Part shown: piece after piece, positions 26,690-37,964 of the stretch | How positions within the stretch are numbered: position 1 is the first letter of the stretch | Layout of the letters: each line of letters starts with the position of its first letter | Origin: an uncultured virus (IMG/VR IMGVR_UViG_3300008266_011056) | Lineage: Duplodnaviria; Heunggongvirae; Uroviricota; Caudoviricetes | Length of the DNA: 64,000 nucleotides | IMG/VR virus record: IMGVR_UViG_3300008266_011056 | Direction: 5' to 3' (one strand) | Made by a program: the position numbers and the translations under genes | The notes under the pieces: model-generated | What the model was told of the DNA's origin: nothing | The model's database searches: none | The model's input: the letters and a program-made list of their open reading frames with translations, nothing else

Positions 26690-27635
26690 CGACAAAGAAA
26701 TCAACAGGTAGCTGATAGATTGATTGAGCGTCTAATTGAAGTTGCTTTATTTCATCTACAGCTTCATCGTATATTTTCTGGCCATTAAGTGTTACCCCTC
26801 CAGGCATTTGTACACCTTCGAACTTCTTAAGATTAGATCCCCACTGTTTCTTAATTAAAGCAGTAGCGTATTTCTTTAAAAAGTAATCGTTGTAAACATC
26901 TGTAAAGGTATTAGGATCTAGAATTCTAAATGCTTCTACGATGATATGGTCACCGATTGCAATGTCTTTTCTCCAGTTCATATCCACAAATAATCTATTC
27001 ATATGACGATTAAAACGTACTGGTTTTTGACCGGTCATTAAATCATTAATAAGATTAAAATGGGTTTTGAGCTGGGTATAATATATAATGTCTGTATTAG
27101 TTAGAGATTGAATATTATTTAACATAAGCTGATACTGAACGTCAAACATGCTAGTACCAGATGATTTATTGGACAACTGCAGTACCTTTGAAACACCGGT
27201 AATTAAATCAGTTAAATTGAAGTATCTGTTATCGTAATTATTTTTATTGACGTTGGATATAGTTGCAATAGTACCTGATTTGTTACCTGTAATTAATTCA
27301 CCATCAGTAAATGTACCGGTGATATCGTAGATATTTAATAGAGTGGAGTTAGGTGCCTGATGTACGAAAGCAGTAGCATTAGATATGTTACCGGTAATTA
27401 ATTCACCACCTGTAAATACTGTTGCATTACCTGACACAGTAGCGTTCGAAGCAACCACCTTTTCAGATAGATAAACCATTTCTACCGAATCATAATGAAA
27501 CTCTCGGTAGAATTGAAAAGCTTCGTCGATTCTATCTTCTATCTGATCATCATCAACATTAATTTCAATAACAGGGTGACCTAGCTCTCTTAAGCAGTAA
27601 TCAATTAAACCCTGTCTGGATGATGGATTAGACAT
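26685..27635 (-). CDS. gp13: Neck protein
   Basis: YCLRELGHPVIEINVDDDQ, LKKYATALIKKQWGSNLKKF, PGGVTLNG. Confidence 0.94.
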   Translation of the reverse strand: MSNPSSRQGLIDYCLRELGHPVIEINVDDDQIEDRIDEAFQFYREFHYDSVEMVYLSEKVVASNATVSGNATVFTGGELITGNISNATAFVHQAPNSTLLNIYDITGTFTDGELITGNKSGTIATISNVNKNNYDNRYFNLTDLITGVSKVLQLSNKSSGTSMFDVQYQLMLNNIQSLTNTDIIYYTQLKTHFNLINDLMTGQKPVRFNRHMNRLFVDMNWRKDIAIGDHIIVEAFRILDPNTFTDVYNDYFLKKYATALIKKQWGSNLKKFEGVQMPGGVTLNGQKIYDEAVDEIKQLQLDAQSIYQLPVDFFVG

Positions 27636-27894
27636 TAGATTGTTCCCTAGCCTTCTCTAAAAAAAGTGCATACATATTATCTATTTTATCCTCTAAACCT
27701 TCTGGCATAAATCTTAACTCATTATTAAAATAAGGTATGCGGTTAAAATTAAAATTAACAAAATTTTCTGTTAGTCTGTTTTCAATATATCTTTGATAAC
27801 ATGCTTCTAGTGGTTCAAGATACGGAGTGAACATAGTGTAGTCCTCCGGCATTCTCTCTAGTAAATAATCTCTAACTATTAAATATTCTTCCAT
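27628..27894 (-). CDS. Hypothetical protein (possible fibre chaperone)
   Basis: 88-aa ORF tightly packed between a fibre gene and gp13; function inferred from position only. Confidence 0.55.
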   Translation of the reverse strand: MEEYLIVRDYLLERMPEDYTMFTPYLEPLEACYQRYIENRLTENFVNFNFNRIPYFNNELRFMPEGLEDKIDNMYALFLEKAREQSNV

Positions 27895-27895
27895 T

Positions 27896-30800
27896 TTAGT
27901 TTACTAAAACAGGTGGTATGAACGGTTTAGTTGGAAGGGCAGGTGTATTAGTACCTCTATGAACCATAACACTTACACCATTAATAACTTTTACATCATA
28001 TCTTGCAAGTCTGGATAATCTGATGTCTTGTATATATCCTCTAAATGACTTAGCACCAGTTTGTTCGTTATCACCTCCAAGAAGCAAATAAGCACCTGTA
28101 CTAGAATAATCATCTTGCATAGTATAACTTGTAGCGGGTGCAATAGGGTTATATGCAGTTTGTACTCTGCTTACAGAATAGGTATAAACTAATCTTCCAT
28201 TTAGGAATAGCATAAAATTACCACCCCGCATTTGAAGCACTATATGATCAAAATTTATACTAGATCCTGTGCTTGTTGTGAATGCATTTTTAGCAGTAGG
28301 AACATTATACATGTAGGCGTCATTATTATTCCATCTTATGCTATATTCACCACCTCTAGAACCTCCTCCAAACCTTACAGCAAAAGAGTTACTTAACTCA
28401 AACAAATATCTGTCGTTAGGATTAGCTGCACCTCTCCAGGCAAACCATCCCTCTACTGTAAAATCTCCATATGTATCACCTGAAAAACCATCTTCCGGCA
28501 TATTATCGTTATCTATCCAACCAAAATATATTCTATCTGTACCTTGAAACCCATAGGGGGGAGTAGTAGTATTCCAAAAGCCCCCTGAGTTTTGAACACT
28601 TTGTTGTTGTATTGCTATGCTTCCTCGCCCGAAATTACCAATTTCAGGAACATATTTTACACTGGTACCAGAACAATACGCTCCAGAAGTAGAGGAAACT
28701 CCCGGCACCGGGTGAATGGTTGTGGTGATAGGTTGAAACGCTGTAAATGCTTCGATTGGTTTTTCATCAAATATACCAGTGATTACTGGTTGATAAGTAG
28801 AGTACTTTGCTCTTCTTGTAAGAACAATACCGTTTGCCCCATCTCTAAACTCTAATGGTGTACCACCGTAGTCATCAGTACTAAATTGAGCACCTAACCC
28901 CGACCAAGACCTTAATTGACCATCTACGAATATTGCATACTTATTATTAGTTGCTTCTGGATCACAAACCAAAGCAATATGATGATAAGTACCTGATAAA
29001 GACATAGAATATTCGTTACCAGATAATATATTATTTGCTGCAGTATCAGAGAATGTTCTTAGACTTACAGCACCGTATCTATTTGCATTTTGTGCTGCAA
29101 CAGAGTGGACAGCTAACTGTATACCTCTCCATGCACTGCTTTCGGACCCACTACGGAAAACATAGGGGTAAGTTGTATTACCGGATACTGCAACTTTAAC
29201 TAGATAGAACCAGAATTCAAGAGTGAATGGAGTTTCACCCATACCTAGATAATATGTCTCATGGCCATGCCAGCCGTGTGATGCAGCGCCCGTGCTATAA
29301 CCGTAAATACCATTAAAATTATAACCAGCTACTATACCTTGAGATTGTCTCCAAGATTTAGGTTTCTCTTTAAAAGGAGAAAAGGCAGTAATACTATAGT
29401 CCCCATGAACAAAAGCGGTAGCGTCAGTTAATGCTCCTGCATGTATTAATTTTTGACCTTTATTTTTACCACCTAAAGATTGATCAATTAATGCAGGGTT
29501 ATTAAAAGTTAATAATACACAGGCAGGATCATTAGCTAGAGGATCTGAAGGTACTTCGAATCTAATAGGATTTTCACCATTTACAGCATAAAAGGCTTTA
29601 CCTTTTAATACTCGTAAATTAGACATGAAACCTCTAAAAGAATTTGAATTTTGTTGAGTGACTACACCTGTGGAACCTTGAGTGCCTATACATGGTGTGG
29701 TGTTTCTACATAGCATATCTGTGCTGAACAACACCTCTGCTTCTCTTATACCATTAATATACAAAGCAAGTCTGTTATTAACACGTTGAAGAACTATGTG
29801 GTACCATTTTTCAATACTACCAGCTATACTAGATCTTGAGCTTAGAATTATTCTGGATCTTGTACCATCACCATAATCAACACAAATTTTTCCTTGGTGA
29901 TTTTCATAGATAGCCAAGCTATCATCATCTGGAGTATTAACTCTTTTACAATTCCATAAGTAGCCTGTTTCTGTAGTACTAGTTACATTATTAAAGCGAG
30001 ATTTTTTAGCTACAAATATTTCCCAGGTAAAATCACCGGTTCCAAATGCAAAATCACTACTATCTGCATTCAAACCATCAGTGTTAGTTGTACTGTTGTA
30101 AATTCTAATTCCTACAGCATTAGTGTTAAATGATACGCTCCAGTTTTTATTAGAGACCGGATTAGCTCCAACAGTTTTATTTTCATTACCAGGATCATGG
30201 GCATAAAAATGATGATGACCTACGTCAAGATAGGGTGACATAGTTATATCGGTCCACCAGTTATTAAATAATAATAACGATGTATCATTGTCTGAAGTTA
30301 GCGGTAATCTAGATGGAGTGAAGGCTAATGCACCAATAGTATCAGTAGTAGGATACCTTGCTACTTTACTAATTCTAAAATTATTAATGTAAAGATTGGC
30401 ATCAACAGCCATTCCAGAATTAGTTCTATTAGTAAGAAAATAGAATATGGTATTTACATCTGTTAAATTTGTTGACAGAGTATCAATATGAGCTAATCTA
30501 CCATTAACAAACATCCTAAAATCATTAGATCCTGTACTAGATCTTTGAATTACAATATGCTGCCAAGAATAAACACTTATAGCCCCTGTAGTTGCTGTTA
30601 TTGCAGAGCTTCCATGTCTAAATGTCAATAAGTTTGTAGTAACAGTACCTACTTCTAAACTAAACCCAGTAGTAGTTGAACCTTTACCGCAAAGACCATA
30701 ACCATTATTTTGTCTATTTGGATATATCCATGCTTCTATTGTAAAGGGGTCGGTACCTAAATCTAAAGAAGTATCTGAAGGCTTAAGAGTAGTATAAATT

Positions 30801-32674
30801 CGACCAGTATCCAAACCGCTGTTATTGTAACTAGCCAGGCCTTGATAAGATAGTAATCCATTTTCTTCTGCTCTACCCGTATGATACATGTTAGGAGATA
30901 CGTTAGCTCTTAACTGAGTAGAAGTAAATGGTGAATGATAACCATCTAATCTAGGTGATCCCCCGGTAGCTCTTCCTGGTACTCTAGGTATAATATCTAC
31001 ATTACCAGCAGAAATGCTGACATTAGCTGGTGTAATATATGCTGTGAAGCTGGCATTATTATTTAAATTTAAATTAAATAAGGTATTACCAGCAATTGGG
31101 AAGGGTTCACGAAGAGGGGTAAAATTAGATGTATATTTTAAACCCTCGGTAATTGCGGCACCAGATACCCATCCTCTTAAGTTATTAATTGATGTGTCTG
31201 GACTTGTACCAATGTAAACGTTTTGGGTAAGAACCGGGGTCATATTGACAAAACCAATATTGGCTTCTCTCACCACATTACCATTCAAGAATACTGTTAG
31301 GTTTCCATTTACATTACTATGAGTAAATGCAATATGATGCCAACTTCCGGTAGTTAGTTGACCAGTACCGACCCATAAATTTCCGCGAGCATTTGCATTT
31401 CCTAAATCACCCAGACCCCCGGTAATAACGTTACCAGTGTTGGTAATATTTGGGGTCATAATACTTAACCCCGCACCCCCATGATTTAAAAATATTCCAT
31501 AATTTCTACCAGCACCAGTAGTACCTACTACAAATATAGGCGTAGTATTACCACCAAAACTATCTGTCTGTACCCAAGTCTCCATAGTAAAGGAACGACT
31601 GGACACATTAGGTGCAGTGTTTGCAAAGTGATGACTTACAGTATCAAAAAAATGAGATGGGTATAATGCTGAATTGGTATACTTAATCGGAACGTCAGGT
31701 AATCTAAAAACCACACTTGTAGTTGCAGTAACTGTGTGGCCTTGAGCTTGCCATAAATTACCAGTAAATCCAAGATTTAAGTCTGTAGCTAGACTAGAAA
31801 AAACTGTATTACTTGTATTAGTTAACACCTCAACAGGGGAGCATGTGTTGCTGGTATAAACAGCTACATTACTCATTCTAATATCTGTAATAAAACCAGC
31901 AAGACGGTTAGCAGCTGTCCCGGCCCGATCTTGACCAATAACTAAATTTTCTGTTTGAGTAAAGTTACTTGATGAGGTACCAACACCCATCACAGTACCA
32001 TTAATATAAATCTTTAACTGATTAGACCCTGTGCCCTCTCTTACAATAGCTACATGATACCATAGATCATGTTTTAATGCATAAGCAGCGGTTGTTGTAG
32101 TATTTACATCAGAAAAGAATATTTGAAATGACGAGTTAATACCTACCTGCCACCCTGTAGGCCCGGTACTGCTACCTTTGTTGAAGAAAAATCTGTTAGC
32201 GGCATTACGATGAGTTCTTTTGTACCAAAATTCAATAGTAAATGGTCCGGTACCGAACCTTAGGTCAGCTCTATCTGTTACTGTAACAACCTGCTGGTTT
32301 CTAGTAGTAAATCTATTCGACCAAAAAGTATTGGTCTGATGTTGCATAGTAGCAGTTTCAAATCTACCATTCGCAGTTGAATATGGTTCAAGAAAAGCAT
32401 TCCATCTATTACTTTGATCGGTAACAATAGATGTATTAACCAAAGGGGAATATAATCCACTAAATACATAATTATAATAAGGATCCTCAGAATCTGGAAT
32501 CTGAGATGTAGATATGGTTTCTGGATATCTAGAAATAAATTCAGGAGAATTAAACCCTTTACTTCTAGCAGTAAGCAACTCATCAGTGCTTAATACACCC
32601 TTCGATCCATCAGGTCTAATCGTGTCTAAAGGGGCATTCACCCCAATAAAACCTCCATTTTTTCTATTCTTCAT
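27896..32674 (-). CDS. Large virion fibre / receptor-binding protein with tandem LamG (ConA-like) domains
   Basis: Repeated FTxE(F/A/T/G)W...WxH(V/I)...L(Y/F)(I/V/L)NG...G(F/Y)IxD(I/L)R units; 1592 aa. Confidence 0.82.
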   Translation of the reverse strand: MKNRKNGGFIGVNAPLDTIRPDGSKGVLSTDELLTARSKGFNSPEFISRYPETISTSQIPDSEDPYYNYVFSGLYSPLVNTSIVTDQSNRWNAFLEPYSTANGRFETATMQHQTNTFWSNRFTTRNQQVVTVTDRADLRFGTGPFTIEFWYKRTHRNAANRFFFNKGSSTGPTGWQVGINSSFQIFFSDVNTTTTAAYALKHDLWYHVAIVREGTGSNQLKIYINGTVMGVGTSSSNFTQTENLVIGQDRAGTAANRLAGFITDIRMSNVAVYTSNTCSPVEVLTNTSNTVFSSLATDLNLGFTGNLWQAQGHTVTATTSVVFRLPDVPIKYTNSALYPSHFFDTVSHHFANTAPNVSSRSFTMETWVQTDSFGGNTTPIFVVGTTGAGRNYGIFLNHGGAGLSIMTPNITNTGNVITGGLGDLGNANARGNLWVGTGQLTTGSWHHIAFTHSNVNGNLTVFLNGNVVREANIGFVNMTPVLTQNVYIGTSPDTSINNLRGWVSGAAITEGLKYTSNFTPLREPFPIAGNTLFNLNLNNNASFTAYITPANVSISAGNVDIIPRVPGRATGGSPRLDGYHSPFTSTQLRANVSPNMYHTGRAEENGLLSYQGLASYNNSGLDTGRIYTTLKPSDTSLDLGTDPFTIEAWIYPNRQNNGYGLCGKGSTTTGFSLEVGTVTTNLLTFRHGSSAITATTGAISVYSWQHIVIQRSSTGSNDFRMFVNGRLAHIDTLSTNLTDVNTIFYFLTNRTNSGMAVDANLYINNFRISKVARYPTTDTIGALAFTPSRLPLTSDNDTSLLLFNNWWTDITMSPYLDVGHHHFYAHDPGNENKTVGANPVSNKNWSVSFNTNAVGIRIYNSTTNTDGLNADSSDFAFGTGDFTWEIFVAKKSRFNNVTSTTETGYLWNCKRVNTPDDDSLAIYENHQGKICVDYGDGTRSRIILSSRSSIAGSIEKWYHIVLQRVNNRLALYINGIREAEVLFSTDMLCRNTTPCIGTQGSTGVVTQQNSNSFRGFMSNLRVLKGKAFYAVNGENPIRFEVPSDPLANDPACVLLTFNNPALIDQSLGGKNKGQKLIHAGALTDATAFVHGDYSITAFSPFKEKPKSWRQSQGIVAGYNFNGIYGYSTGAASHGWHGHETYYLGMGETPFTLEFWFYLVKVAVSGNTTYPYVFRSGSESSAWRGIQLAVHSVAAQNANRYGAVSLRTFSDTAANNILSGNEYSMSLSGTYHHIALVCDPEATNNKYAIFVDGQLRSWSGLGAQFSTDDYGGTPLEFRDGANGIVLTRRAKYSTYQPVITGIFDEKPIEAFTAFQPITTTIHPVPGVSSTSGAYCSGTSVKYVPEIGNFGRGSIAIQQQSVQNSGGFWNTTTPPYGFQGTDRIYFGWIDNDNMPEDGFSGDTYGDFTVEGWFAWRGAANPNDRYLFELSNSFAVRFGGGSRGGEYSIRWNNNDAYMYNVPTAKNAFTTSTGSSINFDHIVLQMRGGNFMLFLNGRLVYTYSVSRVQTAYNPIAPATSYTMQDDYSSTGAYLLLGGDNEQTGAKSFRGYIQDIRLSRLARYDVKVINGVSVMVHRGTNTPALPTKPFIPPVLVN

Positions 32675-32680
32675 ATCTAA

Positions 32681-35600
32681 TTATTTTATCTCTGTAATTG
32701 GTACTTTAAACGGTGCTGTTGGTAATGCTGGTCTTATAGTTCCTCTATGAACCATAGTATTTACACCATTAACTAATGCAGTTTCATATCTAGCCAATCT
32801 AGTAATTCTAAAATCACTAAAATAACCTAACCAGCTCTTACTACCCGTTCTTTCACTGTCAGATCCAACCCATATACTAGCATTATTATAATTTAAGTTT
32901 AGATTATATTCGGTAGCAGGAGCAATAGGGCTGTACTTGGTAGCGTTATTACCTATAGGTATACTTAAATGCTCGACCCCGTTAACATATAATGTTAATA
33001 CCGAACCATTTCTCTGCACTACTAAATGATCAAAAACAATGTTAGAACTGTTTCCAGATACGTTTGCTGAACTAGTATAGGACTGCGTATCTACATTATT
33101 AAATCGTAGACTGTATGCCCCACTTACAGTTCTTAACCCAATATTGTCTGATAACTCCCAGAGATATTTATCATTAGGTGAAGCCGCACCAGCCCAGGCG
33201 AACCAGCCTTCTATAGTAAAGTCATTATAAGACGGACCTAACAGTCTATAATCATTAGCGTCGCCAACAGTGAACTGGTACGCGGTATTTGTTTGAGCAC
33301 CCCATGGTGGTGTAGTAGATGTCCAAACTCCACCTGCTCCAGTAACACTATTTTGATTTAGATATATAGTTGGTCTACCTAAATTTCTTACTCCTCTAGA
33401 AATTTTTGGGTAACCCTGAGGGCGCATATAAGTCGATGAGAAACCCACTGGTATTACAGCTGCATTTGTAGTGTCTCGCAATGCAGTAAATTTATTTATT
33501 TTTGGAGGTTTATTCCATTTTTCAACTGGAATTCTTCGCAAAGAAAAAGGATATTTAGCTCTGAATTCTACATTTAATGCGTCTAAACCAGATAGGTACT
33601 CTAAACTTTTAATTGCACCATCTAGAATATAATTTTCTATTACATAAAGTCCATCCGCACCATAATTACCTGTTGTATCCATTATTCTAATACCGTTTAC
33701 CCATATAGTAAGTCTATGAGAATCGGCGTCATGTTGTATTATAAAATGTGAATAATTATGACCAGGGTTAGTTACCCAATCATTAGAATAAAAAAATGAT
33801 CTTTGAGTAAACCCCGGGTTAGTAGTTCTAATATGATGCCATTTTAAAGCTACTCTTCCAAAAGCCTCTGCACCTCCATAACCATCTCCGTCATAAAAAT
33901 GCGTGGTGTATAATATGCCACCACCAAGAGCAGAGTTAGCGGTATTAGTATTTAAAGTGGAAAATACCGTAGTACCTTGGCTTCTAAAATTACCTTGGAT
34001 TACATTTTGAGAATTAAACTGAACGAGCCAGTGCCACCCTTCCATAGTAAAAGTTTTATGAAATAAGGAATTATAAGAAAAATTATCTCCAATGCCCCCA
34101 CCGTCTTTTAATGCACTTTCTATTGTATATGTAGTCGTAATAGAATTTACGAAACTAAAATAAGTGTTTTTCCAATCTAAAAGTCCTGGTTTAAACGGTG
34201 TATATTGTGAGGGGGCATATTCCCATCTACCAGTATTAACAGTTTGATCTCTATGCACCTTAACCGGCACAAAACTACCAGTGTTTGCATCATTACCATT
34301 TAAAGATGTAGTAACGTCAGCAAAAAATGGTTTATCAAATCCTAAAAACGTACACCCAGGTATATTAGTAAGTGGTTCTTTTGGAACAGGAATTCTTTCT
34401 GGATTACTTCTAGAAGCTGTACCGTAGGCTGTTGATCTTCTACAAATTCTTAATCCATAAAAATAACCATACCATCCTTGCCCAGTACGAGATCCAAGCG
34501 TACCTGATTCCCATATAGTCCAAGTATATGGCGAAGACGTTGATCTATTAGAATAATGCTCTGCTTCTTTAACACCATTAATATAAAGAGCCCAGTTATT
34601 ATCTACTCTTTGTACACAAATATGATGCCAAACGGGTAGTTGTGCAATTGCAGTTCTAGATACTAAAGCAACAGCATCGAACTGCCCTGCATCATAATTG
34701 TAACCTACCTCAATATACCCATAAGGATTTTGTCGAATATAAAGCCCACCAGTATCTAAAGAGGTTACATCTGCAGAAGGACCTTCTCCATTCCATCTAC
34801 CATCTATAATATAACGTGTTTCAGTTGTACCAACTAATCTATTATGTGGTTGTAAAAAGAATTCAATAGAAAAATCATCTGATGTAAGAGGGCTTCCCCC
34901 GGTTAACGTTCCATCATTCCAACTAACTCCATATAATTTTAACCCTGTAGATCCATCTCTAGTAACATAACTCCAATTTCTATGAGTAGCTGGTGGTGCA
35001 CCTCTTAGATAAGGTACACTATTATGTGTAATAGGGTTCATTTGCGACCCTAAGTCAATCTTACCCCCTGACTCAGCATCACTCCACATATATTGATAAC
35101 CAAGAAATACAGTGTTAGCGTCATTATTATATGGCCCCATAGAAGGGGTAAATGCCACAGTCCCAATAGTGTTAGTTACTGGAACTGGATATCTTGCAAC
35201 ATTACTTAATCTTAAGTTGTTAATTAAACCAATAAAATTTTTATTTGTAGTTTCTGGATTTCTTTTATTTAAAACATAAAGATTTCTACTAGTAGTGGTT
35301 AAGTTACTAGTGACTGTATCTACACTTGCAAGTCGCCCATTAACAAACATGTGAAATAGGTTAGCACCGGTACCACTTCTTTGAGCTACAATATGACACC
35401 ATGAACCATATTCAACTCTAGGGTCTGATCCTGTAATAGTTATGTTATTATGTTCAAATACTAACTGGTTATTAACAACAGACAGACCCCAACCTGTTGT
35501 AGCAGTTCCTTTACCAATAATTCCTTGATCTCCATCCCCCCCTACAACATAAACCCAGGCCTCTGCAGTAAACGGCCCAGTTTCAAAATCTAAAGATTTA

Positions 35601-37597
35601 TTATTTGGGCTTAAATCAGGATAAACTACTCCGTAATCAGAACGATTATGTAAACTTGCTAGTCTTTCATACTTCTTAACACCTTCTTCTTCAATAAAAT
35701 TAGGTATGTATTTGTCATCAAAATATACCGGTCCGAGTTCTCTTGAACGAGATTCCCCAATTTCATAAGTAATTCTATTAATTGTAGCAGATGAAATATT
35801 ATTAACTGTAAACTCAACATTACCTGAAGGTGTAAAATATCTAAAGGAAGAAGTATTATCGTGTAGTGTTTTAAATAAAATATTATTGTCTAACGGTATT
35901 GCACTAGTTGTAGGGGTGAAATTAGCAGTATACTTTACATTTTTTGTAATAGTAATGTCCTGCATGCAACCTTTATAATAATAATCTCCGTTATGTCGTG
36001 TAATATTTTGTGGGTTTATACCTATAAAAATTTTCTGGTCGACCCTGCTCATATCAGCACCTATTACATTAGTGCCGTCTCTATATGTCCCGTCAACGTA
36101 TACCGCTATATTTCCTGAATCCTTGTCAAAAGTTAAAGCCATGTGATGCCATTCACCTGTCTCTAAATAAGGTGTAGCATTACCTAAACTAGGATAACCT
36201 GGCTTAACTAAAACATTGCCCCCGGCTAGATACCCCATTAATATATCTTTTGTGTTATAAGCATTAGGTACTATTGCTGCAGGCCCGGTACTACGGTAGT
36301 TATAATATAAACCGATCGTTTTACCTCTGTTGTACGTTGTTTCAAACGAATAACTATCCTCATCGCTAGAGATGACAACTAATGGAACTATAGCATTACG
36401 CTCTCTGATTGTTGTGGACATAAACCAAGTTTCTAAAGTAAACGAGGTATCATTTAACAGAGGGTATAGATTTGCCCTTAAGTACTGGAGATGTGATTGT
36501 GTGTTATAAAGTTCTGGAAAATTGAATCCATAAGCAGTTTCTTTAGCAGGTTCTTTGTAATTGTAAGGCACGTCAGGCCATCTTTGATGGTGAGCGTTCA
36601 GATCTGTTATTACAATGTTTTGGTCATTACCAACATTAGAACCGGTATGATAACATAATGTATCACTAGCTAGTAGCAATACAGTATTAGGAGTAGCTGT
36701 AATAGGTAAACTAGGTACAGCAAAAGTAAGACCTGTTCTTTCCACAGTATTACTAATTCTTAAATCTGTTAATAAACCATGGGTAGAATGAGAAGTATTA
36801 CTTGCATAGTTAGTACCAACTTTTAATGTAACTGTCCCTGTGGGAGTTACATTCGATGTACTAGCTACACTTTTAGTTAAAACACCATTTTCGTATAATT
36901 TTAAAATTCCATTTTCACGTACGAAGCAATAATGAACCCACTCAAAAGAACTCCATAACGTACTAGTTAAAGTTTCATGAAATGGGTAATAAGTTGTAAG
37001 GTCGGTAAAAAATACCTGGTTTCCATAAGTATATCTTCTGCAAATCTCCCACCCACGTGTAACACTCGAAACTGATTCACCATAACTTAAAATAGTTTTA
37101 TTATAAAAATGAGGACTCGTACTGAGACCGTCACCTCTGGTATTTGGTTTATACCAGAATTCAATAGTAAAATTACCTTCACCAAAGTTAAATTCTGGCT
37201 TATTGGTTATAGCAATAGCATTTCTTCTATGAGTAGAAAATTTTAAAGCCCAGTATCTATTGGTTTGATGTAAAAAAGTAGGGGTAGGTAATCTATTTTG
37301 ATGGCCAGTTTTTGGATCAAATACTTCATCCCAGTTGCCAGAAGCTTCAGTAAAAATGGTGTTTTCTATATGTGGAGAATATATACCCCCTACAACATCA
37401 CCTAGGTAAGGGTCGTCACCTTCAGTAGTGTCTGTTTGAGGCCAGACAGCAGCACCAAACTGTTCTCCAAGCTGATTGAAGGGCACAGAAGTACTATAAT
37501 CTAATTGATCGGATATATCATAAACACCGGAAGCACCTTCTTTATCTACAGTGTCAGCACTTAGATACCCGATATAACCACCATTTTTTCTACTCAT
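32681..37597 (-). CDS. Large virion fibre / receptor-binding protein with tandem LamG domains (paralog of 27896..32674)
   Basis: Same repeat architecture, shared N-terminus (RKNGGxIG) and C-terminus (NGVxxMVHRGTxxPALPT); 1638 aa. Confidence 0.82.
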   Translation of the reverse strand: MSRKNGGYIGYLSADTVDKEGASGVYDISDQLDYSTSVPFNQLGEQFGAAVWPQTDTTEGDDPYLGDVVGGIYSPHIENTIFTEASGNWDEVFDPKTGHQNRLPTPTFLHQTNRYWALKFSTHRRNAIAITNKPEFNFGEGNFTIEFWYKPNTRGDGLSTSPHFYNKTILSYGESVSSVTRGWEICRRYTYGNQVFFTDLTTYYPFHETLTSTLWSSFEWVHYCFVRENGILKLYENGVLTKSVASTSNVTPTGTVTLKVGTNYASNTSHSTHGLLTDLRISNTVERTGLTFAVPSLPITATPNTVLLLASDTLCYHTGSNVGNDQNIVITDLNAHHQRWPDVPYNYKEPAKETAYGFNFPELYNTQSHLQYLRANLYPLLNDTSFTLETWFMSTTIRERNAIVPLVVISSDEDSYSFETTYNRGKTIGLYYNYRSTGPAAIVPNAYNTKDILMGYLAGGNVLVKPGYPSLGNATPYLETGEWHHMALTFDKDSGNIAVYVDGTYRDGTNVIGADMSRVDQKIFIGINPQNITRHNGDYYYKGCMQDITITKNVKYTANFTPTTSAIPLDNNILFKTLHDNTSSFRYFTPSGNVEFTVNNISSATINRITYEIGESRSRELGPVYFDDKYIPNFIEEEGVKKYERLASLHNRSDYGVVYPDLSPNNKSLDFETGPFTAEAWVYVVGGDGDQGIIGKGTATTGWGLSVVNNQLVFEHNNITITGSDPRVEYGSWCHIVAQRSGTGANLFHMFVNGRLASVDTVTSNLTTTSRNLYVLNKRNPETTNKNFIGLINNLRLSNVARYPVPVTNTIGTVAFTPSMGPYNNDANTVFLGYQYMWSDAESGGKIDLGSQMNPITHNSVPYLRGAPPATHRNWSYVTRDGSTGLKLYGVSWNDGTLTGGSPLTSDDFSIEFFLQPHNRLVGTTETRYIIDGRWNGEGPSADVTSLDTGGLYIRQNPYGYIEVGYNYDAGQFDAVALVSRTAIAQLPVWHHICVQRVDNNWALYINGVKEAEHYSNRSTSSPYTWTIWESGTLGSRTGQGWYGYFYGLRICRRSTAYGTASRSNPERIPVPKEPLTNIPGCTFLGFDKPFFADVTTSLNGNDANTGSFVPVKVHRDQTVNTGRWEYAPSQYTPFKPGLLDWKNTYFSFVNSITTTYTIESALKDGGGIGDNFSYNSLFHKTFTMEGWHWLVQFNSQNVIQGNFRSQGTTVFSTLNTNTANSALGGGILYTTHFYDGDGYGGAEAFGRVALKWHHIRTTNPGFTQRSFFYSNDWVTNPGHNYSHFIIQHDADSHRLTIWVNGIRIMDTTGNYGADGLYVIENYILDGAIKSLEYLSGLDALNVEFRAKYPFSLRRIPVEKWNKPPKINKFTALRDTTNAAVIPVGFSSTYMRPQGYPKISRGVRNLGRPTIYLNQNSVTGAGGVWTSTTPPWGAQTNTAYQFTVGDANDYRLLGPSYNDFTIEGWFAWAGAASPNDKYLWELSDNIGLRTVSGAYSLRFNNVDTQSYTSSANVSGNSSNIVFDHLVVQRNGSVLTLYVNGVEHLSIPIGNNATKYSPIAPATEYNLNLNYNNASIWVGSDSERTGSKSWLGYFSDFRITRLARYETALVNGVNTMVHRGTIRPALPTAPFKVPITEIK

Positions 37598-37598
37598 A

Positions 37599-37955
37599 TT
37601 AGCTCAATTGTTCGTATGATACAAAAATATTAATAGCGTTGTTTGCACTAGCAAATGCTGAAATAGTGTCATTTTCCTCTAGATACATCGACATGTCTTT
37701 TGCTAGTAAAGTTAATGTAGTTCTAGTAGGAACTGTCATGGTGTTAGCCATAATTACAGTATTAGACCCTCTATTAAACAACACCGTTACATCTGCCGCA
37801 GAGTTACCTCTATTATGAGCAAAGATAGTATTTATTTTTAATAAAGCATTAGTATCACCGGCGTTAGACACGACCGTAGATGCTAAGGTAGTTATATTTG
37901 ATACACTAGTTCTACCTATAATAACGGTAGAATTTGCGATATTTAACGCACTCAT
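37599..37955 (-). CDS. Small virion structural protein (paralog of 43223..43561)
   Basis: N...ADVTV...VP...L....YLEENDTI...AS pattern shared with 43223..43561. Confidence 0.6.
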   Translation of the reverse strand: MSALNIANSTVIIGRTSVSNITTLASTVVSNAGDTNALLKINTIFAHNRGNSAADVTVLFNRGSNTVIMANTMTVPTRTTLTLLAKDMSMYLEENDTISAFASANNAINIFVSYEQLS

Positions 37956-37964
37956 TATTTCTCC

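Noticed and set aside
13662..27635. Assignment as a cyanophage or to a specific host
   Set aside because: Gene order resembles marine and freshwater T4-like phages, but no photosynthesis or other host-diagnostic genes are in the window.
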